A stretch of DNA of 64,000 nucleotides from Octopus vulgaris (lineage: Eukaryota): positions 79,050,001 through 79,114,000 of the forward strand of contig OX597825.1 in assembly GCA_951406725.2 (NCBI GenBank), in the 5' to 3' direction. The first letter of the stretch is position 1; each line of letters starts with the position of its first letter. The notes beneath the pieces are model-generated. The model did not search any database. It saw only the letters and a program-made list of their open reading frames with translations, and had not been told where the DNA came from. A program made the translations under genes and the position numbers. Of the stretch, positions 53,301-64,000 are shown piece by piece.

Positions 53301-54929
53301 AGAAAAATGAAACAGAAAGAGTGGTGCACCAAAATGTGAATGTGTGTGTGTGCAATAAAAATTTAAGAAAGAGATGAGCGTAAGCTACCATGGGTGATGA
53401 AAAGAGATAACAAACAGGTATCTGTAACTCCTAGATAAATATTGGAAAATGGTACATTGCTTTCCGTAGGTTAACAGAGTACATTGTTTCATCATCGCCC
53501 AAGCAATTTAATAGGGGTCAAGAACAGGTTCATGATGCTGTGTAACCCCAAATCAGCCAGCCAGTTTGGTATGTGGGCAGTCACCTGAACAATGAGGTGA
53601 GACCCAAAGATCTGTCAGTCCAACCTATATGGTAGTGCTAGTGAGGAGACAATGGTTGAACAGTGCTGAACAAGTGACACAGATTAACATCAATTGCTCG
53701 TTATTGTTTTAATGTCCACTTTTCCATGCTTGGATGAGGACAGATTTTTGTTGAGATAGATTTTCTGTGACCCCATGCCCTTTTTTGCTGCTTACTTCCA
53801 TCTGAATCCAAAGAAAGTTATTTTTCCACATGGCTGGACATGTTTCCACAGAAGATTGGGAATGAAGGACACAACCTGTATGATGGTGACACTCACTTAC
53901 AACAATCACATGATATCAAGACAAGGGGACACACACACATAGACTTCTTTCAATTTCCATCTACCAAATCCACTCAAGGCTGTGGTCAACCTGAGGCTAT
54001 AGTAAAAAGACACTTGCTAAAGGTGCCACGCAGTGGGACTGAACCCAGAATTAAGTGATCAAGAAGCAAGTTTATTAGCCACACAGTCATGCAGGCACGT
54101 ATAACTGTTGTATGTCGAAATTACTTTATGCAGTGAAAAGACAATGAACAGTTAACTATAGCTTTTACAGGTAGATTGCTCAACCTGTATGAAATACCAA
54201 CTAAATTGCTCGATTTTTTTTCCAAACTGCTTTTAAAAGAAAGAATCAAACACAGGATAATGCAAATCTAGATAGGTAGTATGTCTAAATAGAAGATGGG
54301 ATAGTTACAACTGGACTGTTTTTTTATCATAGGTATGCTTAGTCAGGACTTATCTGAGGGCTAAACAACAATTTGACCTGCACAAAGTATCAGCTAAATC
54401 ACCCTTAAATCACATGTTGCTCTGTCATATTAAACAGGGATGGACAGATTACAATGATGTAGTCAGAGATAAACCATGTCTGAATAAAATGCGGGATGGT
54501 CATGACTGATTTGGAGCTAGCCAGGCAACGAGATGATGATGAATAACATTTTGGTGCTGCTGTAAGTCGAGTAATTGTTCTACATTACAAATTGCTAAAG
54601 GTAATTAAAAAAAACAAAAATGAACAACATGAGGATCTAGCTGTAAGGAAAGCAACTACAGCAGATGGACAATTAGGAAGAACTTAGTAGAACTTAAGTA
54701 GGTAAAAACCTATTTATCATTACAGTAGATAAAGAGAGATAAGAAACTTCCATGGTAAATGAACAACTGTACATAATTTGGGGGAATGAAAAGTACTATA
54801 GAGCTTAAAAACAATTCATGAATGGATATAAGGGACTCCTACAAGTAATCTACAGCTTTAAGTGAACATTTACAGGTAAGCAATTCCAAAAGGTGAACAG
54901 GAAGAATGAACAGGGTTTCTAAATGTAAA

Positions 54930-55105
54930 TAACTACAATAGGTGAACAGAGATAAGCTATAGATAACTACAGTTATCTGTAGTTGAACTGAGAGAATAAT
55001 CAACTCTATGTAGCTTCTACAGATAATAACTACCAGAGATGAACAGAGAGAATAGACAACATTATGTAGCTTTCATAAGATAACTTATTGGAGATGAACA
55101 GCCAA
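54930..55105. repeat. Degenerate tandem repeat (~55-60 bp units)
   Basis: Recurring gataactac..tgaacagagagaata..caac..tatgtagctt. Confidence 0.6.
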
Positions 55106-55520
55106 AACAAACAACATCGTTCAACCATTGTCAATAAAATGAGAATAAAGAGTACAGCATAACTTATGTCACTAAGAACTGAAAGTGGATGGAGAAGATA
55201 CATCTCCAAAGAGAAACAGCACTAGAATAATAATAAGAGGGATACAGACTAATAAAAGATGACCCACTAAATGGCAGTCAGTGCTTAGCCCCAAGACAAC
55301 CCGTTTTGGAATGACCCATAACAAATAATATCCCAGTCGTAATCACACTGTCCCGTTTGCTGGTTCCTAATTTAAGATAGTAGGGTGTGACATGAGAGGA
55401 GCTTGATTACTATTTCTAGCAGGTAAGTGGTAGCTATGGTAAGAGTTCTGTGATGTGGAAGATGTTTAAGGATTGGTAGACGACTGGGGAAGTAAAAGTG
55501 AATATATAAATACTTGTGTG

Positions 55521-55558
<38 letters not shown>

Positions 55559-56655
55559 CATATATATAGACACATAAGCACAACTGTTCGCTTTCCAACT
55601 ACATGTGTGGTACATGGAACATGTGTCTTCAACAGCTCCAAGCTGATCAAAGCCTTGTAGTGGATTTGATAGAAACTGAAAGACACCCATCATACATACG
55701 CAGACACGTGTGAGTGTGTACTTGTCTTGACATATGATAGTTGTAAACAAGCATCATTGTCATACAAGTGGTGTTATTTGCTTTCAATCTTCTGTGGAAA
55801 CAGGTGAGGGTTGTCGACAAGAAGGGCATCCAGCCATAGAAAATATGTCTCAATGAATTCACTTTTCCATGCTTGAGAATCAATGCATAGAAACGTGAAT
55901 GTTAAAATGACATTGCTGGTGCTGACAATACATATGCATGCATTTATGTATATGCTAAGCTAACATGCTACCTTAAAGGTAGCACACTGACACATAACTG
56001 TTGTTCACAAAGACAAGGAACAGACAGGAACACTACTTGTCCATCACCACAACAAAAACTGAACTTAGAATTTGCTTTTGAAGTGTATGAAATTCTTTTC
56101 CTTAACCACATCTTCACACCACATTTTGAACATTTTGCTTGTATTTTTCCAACCTAGTTTTTAGTTTTACTTCTTCAGACTCCTGAATTATTTTGCTCTG
56201 AATCAGTCTCATAATTTCTGCTTCTTTTTAAAGCAGCCACTACAATCGTTTCTCCTTCAGTCTCTCGTTGTTCCAATTTCTTTTCCTCACTCTTTTAATC
56301 TCAAGCTTTCTAGGCATTTATATTCCTCATTTCCTTCCACCTGAATTGAAACCGAAGCTCTTGTCTGTAACATATATGCATGAGTATACATACACATACT
56401 TTCATGAAAATACAAACTTGTAAGAGATACTGAATTCATTGTCATATGATTTATGGGATATGGAATTGATGTTAAGATGAAAAGCAGTGCACAGACACAC
56501 GTCGTTCTTTATTACAGAGAAGATGTGGGGTGAAGGGGTGAAATATTAAGCCTCATCAAAAGATTGAGGCAAACAGAATATGCTGTAATGTCTGCTAATA
56601 ATTGTGAATAATTGAACTTTAAGTTGAATATCTATACATATGTCATCATCATCAT

Positions 56656-56884
56656 TTAACTCTTTAGCATTTAAACCGGTCATATCCGGCCCAAATATTT
56701 AACCTGTTCTGTGTTCAAACTGGCCGGATCTGGCTTTGCACACTTATCCTACAATGTCATTCTAAGAATAAGCAACTACATCCTCAAAATTTTAATGCTA
56801 CGATGTCTTTGCATGATTAATTCAAAACAATGTGAATAAATAAGCATTACATTTGACAGAATAATCTGAATGCTAAAGGGTTAA
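56656..56884 (+). mobile_element. piggyBac-like MITE A inserted in the TTAA of a Nin-like SINE tail
   Basis: catcatcatTTAA[MITE]TTAAtgtctgttttccatgc, compared with the uninterrupted catcatttaacgtccgctttccatgc at 29153-29178. Confidence 0.85.
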
Positions 56885-58699
56885 TGTCTGTTTTCCATGC
56901 TGGCATGGGTTGAACATGGAGCTGGCCACACCTCAATTGTCTGTTGCGGCATGGTTTCTATGGTTGGATACCCATCCTAATGTCAGCCACTATACAGAGT
57001 GTGCTAGGTGCTTTTTACATGCCACCAGCATGCGTGTGTTGATGTAGCACCAGCAGCTGTAAAAGACAAGCCTGTATGTATGGATGACGACTTTGCTTAG
57101 CTTGCCAGATCTTCTCAAGTACAACAAATTGCCACAACTCCCGGCCCCTTATTTCCTTGCATAGTTATATATGTATACTGAGTTTGTGTGCATACATTGC
57201 ACATCTATCTTGTAGTTGTTTGTTAGTTTAGTTTGTTGTAGGAAGAGTACAGCCTTCAGAGTTTAATATACTCTATCATTTGTCTCAATATTCAGGGGGT
57301 CTAATAATTTTGTTGAGTTTTTCAAAATATATAGCATCTTTTGGTGGGCCAACAAATTAACGTAGGCTTACAAGTGGTTAATCTGGAATACTACAGAGAA
57401 ATGCATCAAGATACCTTCTAAAAATCTCAAAGAAAACTTTCATCAAGTTTCATAAATCTTTTATGAAGTAGTTCTATAACTGCAAGCCTTTAAATGCTAA
57501 ACTGTTACTATATAAGTTTTTAGTATAGGAATTCGAGGAACAGCATGTTGAGATCTGACAATATTCCTTTTACTTTTTCGTTGCCAAAGTCTGGAACAAG
57601 ATACTCAAGAACATTCCACACACATATGATGGCATATCACTCTTGGTATTTCATAGAGTAAAAATTTAATGCAAAGGCATTGCCAGTGGTTAAATTCCTT
57701 GACTTTAGTGAAATGCATTTTATGAAATCTCTCTAGTTAACATGTAAAATCAGAACCGTTAAATGACAAAAGATGAGCAGTAGTGCAATCTATTAAACAA
57801 AAGGGATTTTCAAAGTGTCGACGTTACTGTATGATCTCTCAAGTAAATGTTCTCAGTACACAATCAGAGCTCTTGACAATATATGTTTCGAGAAGCCCAG
57901 GTCATGAAAGGGTTCAGTTTTTAATAGTTTCCCTGTTTGGAGCAAAACAGATTTTTGTTGGGGAATGGAATCTTGCAGTTGCTTATGTATCTATGTGCAT
58001 GTGTAAGTATATATGTATGTGCAAATACATATAAGTGTATATGAAATGTTTTGTACATGTTGTGAATGTATGAAATGTGCATTTCATATTTGTATTTGTG
58101 TAATATGCATGCATGTTTACATATGCAAATGAGTGCATGCTACAACCCCTGCACACATACATGCTTATACGTGCGTGTGTGTGCGTGAATATGTGTACAA
58201 CATGCATACATGTATAATTGTACATGTGCGAGTATGTATATATGGTTTATATATATACAAGCATACAAATGAAGGAAATGAGGTCATGGTTACACACACA
58301 CACGCACAAGGATATATATATATATGTGTGTATATAAATGTAAAGGCGCGAAGGCATGAGAAACAACGAATGTGTCCCTCCCTCCTCTCATTTAACAATA
58401 TGCAGTACATGTCATGTCACCAGACAACCTAGCAATGCTGAAAAGCAGGGGTTTCCACTTAACCTCCATTCAAAAAACTATACTAATTTGTCAGGCTCCA
58501 ACCAACATAAGCAGCACTCAAACCGAAATATTTATGGTGGGTTGTTGAGGGGGGGTGAGGTGAGAAATAAAAGAAACCAAGCATTATTACTAATTGTATG
58601 GCTGTCACAAAAGAGCAATGGTGCCGGACTAAAATCCTCACAGTAAATTAGTTTTTTGCACCTACAAATGGTTTCCTCTTCAAATACTTCATACAACAA

Positions 58700-59906
58700 C
58701 CATATCTCTCGAAGACGACGAAAACACACACCAGGGGTAGAATGAGATTAATTCAGCTGACTGAATCCTCCCCAAACAACAACCAAACCTACTTTGTGTC
58801 AAAGTATTCAGTGCAATCATCATCACCATTATTATAATTATTAATCGTCATTAGTAATTTTTAAATATCGAGATCATTATCAACATTAGTAATCATCATT
58901 GTTATTATTTATTGGTTAGCTTTTGGGGTTTTTTTCTTTTTTTTTTTCGATGCACACCCAATATTTTTTAGTAAAAAGGAAAAAGAGGTAAATATTTAGA
59001 TAGAGAGAGAGAGAGAAAGGCAGAAGTTTCGTGAGTGAAAAGCGTGTATATATGAGTTCGACGCAAGCTTGGTTAATATCTGAAGTGGAGAAAAAGATTG
59101 AAGAGAACACCGTAAACAGCAACAGAGAGAAAGAGGGGGAAGCTTATGGGAAAATAGAGAGAGAGAGAAAGAAGAGATAGAGAGTGCCGTTTAGGAGAGA
59201 GAAGAACAATGGCACTGGTGAAACGACACAAACTCCATACATACCTGCAGAATTCCACTATTGCTGGACGCAATCTGGTTCACATTGGGTAGAGACCCTC
59301 CACGGTATGCACCAAGGTTTTGGGTAATGTGCAAATGTTTTTGAAACGCCCCCTGTCGTAGTATATACAAGTCATATATAAATATACAAGCCACGGACCT
59401 AGGGGTATTATCTTAGTAATATTATGTTAGGCGGTCTAAGAAGGGAGTTTTAAGTGTTAAAATGATATACCTGTCACGAAATTTTTTTATTACTATGTAT
59501 GTATGTATGTGTGTGTGGTATGTATATATATATATATATAAAATTTGCATTAGTGTGTATACACAATATATATCTATATGTATACACACATATATACACA
59601 CAAACCATACATATATAGATTAATAATAATGATAATAATATAAATAATATATATATATAACCTTTATTGTTCTTAAGGGTTCTTTTTTTAGAGAAAATAT
59701 GAGAATGAAATACAATAAAATGCATCATTCGTGGACTGCTGTATTGCATGGAGACTGTCTTCATGGTGGTGCTAAAACAATCAACCTGTTGAATAGTGAA
59801 AGAATATGCTATAATGGTGCCGAGGAGGAAAGCAAGAGGCCAGGATTTGCTTCACCAAATCGTCGATATCCATATGTACACACCACTCTCTCTCACAGAC
59901 ACACAC

Positions 59907-59939
<33 letters not shown>

Positions 59940-60810
59940 CACCCACACCCACTCGCAGCGTGTAACCATAAAAATATGTTTTAATAAAAAAAACCTCAGA
60001 AGTATTGTGATATGATTATTATTATTATTATCATATCAAGATAACCAACTTAATTTTAAATTACTACTATATAAAAACTAAGCAATAATGAGTAATTAAT
60101 TACGAGATATATAAAAAAAAAACAAATAAATTTTTATTTTTACATATATATATATATTTTATTAATTTATGAATAATTAAAACGTTCAGATTCGACCAAA
60201 TAAAATCAATCTACAAGGATGATAGTGGAATAATTGTTGCTGTTGTTGCTGAGTGCATATATTAGCTGGAGAAGGGGAGGGGGGTGACAGAGAAAGAGGG
60301 GGGGTGGAGGATGTCTACCTAATCGTGGCTTGGATTCGGGTTTATGTATGCATCTAAAACCATTTTAAAAACCTTGTTTGCCACCAAGATGACGGTTTTA
60401 TGCACACACACACACACATATATATATATATAGCGCATTAGATAGATAGCACTAGCACTTTGTATAGAGATTATATCTTCCGGGGGGGGGGGGACGTGAT
60501 AATGATTTTGGTGGTGATGGAGTCGACGGCTCGCTAGACCTGACCTCTTCAATGGGTTAAAGAAATGAAAAACAAAAAAAAACAAAAAAAAAATCAGGTA
60601 TTTATTTCTCCAGGTTAAGCGAGTCGAGTCACGAATTTTGTCAAACAGACTAGTGCTTATTCGAGCGAGAAAGCAACTACTTGCAATGCCTACCTTCGTA
60701 AAATTGATATAAATATGAGAGGCGGGGAAGGAAAGATTTGCAACTGTATCACTCAAGTGATCTATGTATATCTGGCGATCATTTTATCACACACAATTTA
60801 TATAGTGAGA

Positions 60811-60841
<31 letters not shown>

Positions 60842-61059
60842 CAAAGGAAAGCTCCGGAATGGTGCGACTGTTTGCGAGCACGCCAAGTGTAATAATATCT
60901 GTGTGTGAGAGAGAGAGAGAGAGAGATGGTATGTGTGTATGTATGGATGTGTGCAAACATAGCCAGCAGTGCTAAGTGCTAAAGAGGGTGTCTGTGTCTG
61001 ATGCCTAAGTCAGAATATGTGTGCATACAAGTGTGTACGTGTGTGTGAGAGAGAGAGAG

Positions 61060-61093
<34 letters not shown>

Positions 61094-61382
61094 TGAGTGT
61101 CAGTCGAAAGTGGTCGGGAATTGCGAACGAGTCGTCGTGGCTGCCAGCAAAGGCGACAAAATCTGGCTGCACAAAGTTGATGCCACCACCACTACTACTA
61201 TTACTTGTACAGTAAGAATGCCTGCACACAACAGTTCTAGATATTCGCCACCATTCGACACTGCAGAGCACACAACACAGATTGCATGAGACAAGCGATC
61301 TCCAAAACAGTCAAAATGTTGACGAGTGAAAACAAAATAGACAATGCGTACACTACATGACACACACACACAATCTCTGTGT

Positions 61383-61424
<42 letters not shown>

Positions 61425-62076
61425 CATACATACACGTTCGAACACATAGATAAACACACGAGAAATATAGTGAAAGATCTTCTATATTATGTATTATATA
61501 GCTATCTTGTAATCTCTCTCTCTCTCTCTCACACACACACATACAACCACACACACAAACATGGATGCATATGCACCGGCGTAGATGTGTGGTGTAAAAA
61601 TTCGCTTGACAACCACGTGGTTCAAGGTTCAAACACACTCCTCATCGGCTTGGTTAAGGGCTTTGCACTGAAGTTGGTAAGCGTGCAGAAGTCAATGGTG
61701 TGTGTGTGTGTGTGCGTACATTTCGTGTTTACACCTGTCTGAAATCTGGGTTGTGTATGTCTCGCACCGGTTCGACGAATAGTGTTCGAAGCAGTAATTA
61801 TCGAGGTCGATTATGACTAAAACCAGTGACAGAATACCGCTGTAATATGTTCCGTAACAAATACATACATTACATACACACGTGTAATATCCGTCTTAAT
61901 TTGCACACAATTCATGTATGTGTAGTATATAACGTACGTGTATAGCAGATGCAAGTATAATTACCATATATATATAACGTACGTATATATATATACCACA
62001 CATACAAAAATGTTATATGCACATAGAAACATATATTGCATAAACAAAATAAGAGGTATGCGCAGTACCTTATATA

Positions 62077-62117
<41 letters not shown>

Positions 62118-62707
62118 TTCAACGGCAACGATGATGATATAAATGTTTAGATGCTTTGAGTCTACTATGTTTGCGTATTGAGTGTTTATGCTATATGTGT
62201 GTGTGTGTACGTGCAAACATGCATGTATATACAATATATATACATGCATATTACACATGTACAACATATACATGCATATAACATAAATGTGAAATGTATG
62301 CACCTATATGATTTGTACATATGAAAAGTATACGTTTATAGCCATAATACACACACTCCAGACGTGATGCACCGATGCTCTCTCTTCTGGTTACCATCGA
62401 ACTCTTTTGTAGATGTTGCGATGACGGTCTGTGTCAACACTAGATGTACAGATTGGATATTAGATCGTTGGTTGGAGAACACCAAGTGTAACTATGTGCA
62501 TGCCTCTTATATTTGCTTCTCCTGGTTCAGCACAGTGCATTTTTTCCTCCATATCTTCAAGCACTAAGTCAGAGCGCCAACATGAACAGCAGGTAGTGAT
62601 GTCTTCCACTCTTAAAAGGGTTTAAGTTACTCCTTTTAACACGCATATGTGTATTCTTAAAAACATATCTGTAGATATATGTCTAATGCCTATAATACAA
62701 GAGTGTG

Positions 62708-62739
<32 letters not shown>

Positions 62740-63439
62740 ACATGCATATACAATATGAATATACACAAAAGGAGCTATGTATGAAGTGTGCTGGTGATAA
62801 GGAGGTAAAACCATTTATTTCTACAGTGGAAGAAGTTGGATGGAAAAAGGCGTAGAAAGTGTAATTTAGTTCACTTGTAAAAGACAACACTTAGCTTTGT
62901 TTTTTAACGGAGGAAGAAGGCATCCAACGGCAATTTCCTACCTAAAATCAAGTTCAGCTCAGCAGCCCAGATCAGACGGAAAGTATTAACCTATCTCTAC
63001 CAACAGATATTAGTCAAAGAAATAACTGCTAGTAATAAACAAATAAGTGAACAACGCAAAACCTTATACACACATATCTAGTGAACAACGACTGTGCAAA
63101 CGAGCTTAGCCCGTACTTTCGTTTCGATTTACGATTTGTATTGACTGTAAAGTCCGTGCGTGGAAAAAACACCTCGTTTTATATGGAAAGGCATTTACAC
63201 CACAACCCTGCGTGCCTTATTTAATGCTGAAACTCGTAGCTGACAGTCTGCTTGTTTATGTATTAAAAAAAATACGAGGACTCAAGGAAGGTGAGGTGGG
63301 GCAGAAAAACCTAAGAGCGACGGGAGCAAAAAGGGGGATTGTTTCCTAAAATAGAGTTATCTCTCCTTAGGTAAACGTTATTACGCATGCATATACAAAC
63401 ACAAACACGCACCTACCTACCAACCTATATATATATATA

Positions 63440-63490
<51 letters not shown>

Positions 63491-64000
63491 TGAATGTGCA
63501 AGAGACAGTGAGTGAGCGAGTACAAGTGTGTGTTTGTGGATGTGTTGGCACACAAACGTTGGGTTGAGAAGAGCTCTCCAATAAATACATATATATATAT
63601 ACATATATATATATACATACATATATATATATATATGAAACTTACTTGGAAGTGGATGCGTGGCGTTCGATCATATAACAAAATAATAAATAAAACATAT
63701 GCATATATACATACATATATGTACGTACCTACATCTATATGTATATATACATGCATATATGGGTACAGGACACCAGAAAAAAACGTTTATATATATATAT
63801 ACATATAAATAATCTTAGTATTATGCATACACACACACAGAGAGGCACGACAGTTGGTGTAATAAACAGTTATAAACTACAGCAAAAGCATTTTCGTCTA
63901 CAATAATAACTACAGCATCAACAACAACAAGTGCTCTAAGTTGGCAGTGATGGTTACTGAGAGCCGAGGTGGTGGTGACTCAAAAGAAGCACATCTAGAG
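58700..64000. promoter_or_regulatory. CpG-retaining zone towards the 5' end of CRTC
   Basis: CG dinucleotides are visibly more frequent in non-repeat sequence than in 1-57 kb, and few young SINEs are present. Judged by eye, not computed. Confidence 0.45.
59245..59352 (-). CDS. CRTC1: CRTC/TORC (CREB-regulated transcription coactivator) internal coding exon, probably exon 2; 108 bp, phase 0-0
   Basis: Translates to GAFQKHLHITQNLGAYRGGSLPNVNQIASSNSGILQ, containing the CRTC hallmark GGSLPNVNQI. Acceptor tacgacag at 59353-59360, donor CAG|gtatgt at 59239-59244. The symbol denotes the family; paralog assignment is not possible. Confidence 0.93.

Larger units (their letters stand above)
47141..59244 (-). 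other. U2-type intron of CRTC, 12,104 bp
   Basis: GTATGT donor and pyrimidine-rich TTTCTTACAG acceptor between two phase-0 exons. Confidence 0.8.

Noticed and set aside
59353-64000. CRTC first exon (NPRKFSEKIALH)
   Set aside because: Motif not found in any frame; presumed beyond 64,000.

Overview
This is AT-rich eukaryotic DNA full of microsatellites and SINEs. The repeat families look like those of octopus (inference), and nothing prokaryotic is present. The window appears to lie inside one large minus-strand gene, CRTC/TORC (CREB-regulated transcription coactivator). Three coding exons are readable: 59245-59352, 47036-47140 and 31273-31337. They splice in frame to GAFQKHLHITQNLGAYRGGSLPNVNQIASSNSGILQ/TALQNLKDIEQGRAGPRDRSRQGLVQQRGRAFPTR/ADCSPYGATTYLSLPPDTSWRR. 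I could not find the first exon (CREB-binding domain) or the TNSDSALH exon, so both are presumably outside the window. The 15.7-kb intron 31338-47035 has U12 (minor spliceosome) signals, with a strong U2 donor and a strong U2 acceptor nested just inside its ends. The rest is intronic: about five tRNA-derived SINE families, decayed LINE fragments, TTAA-flanked piggyBac-like MITEs, Helitron-like ends, several long fold-back elements and minisatellites. A ~270-bp coding-like fragment sits inside one SINE, and CpG content rises visibly beyond about 58 kb. Almost all ORFs in the supplied track are artefacts. Repeat boundaries are approximate and family names were assigned by eye.
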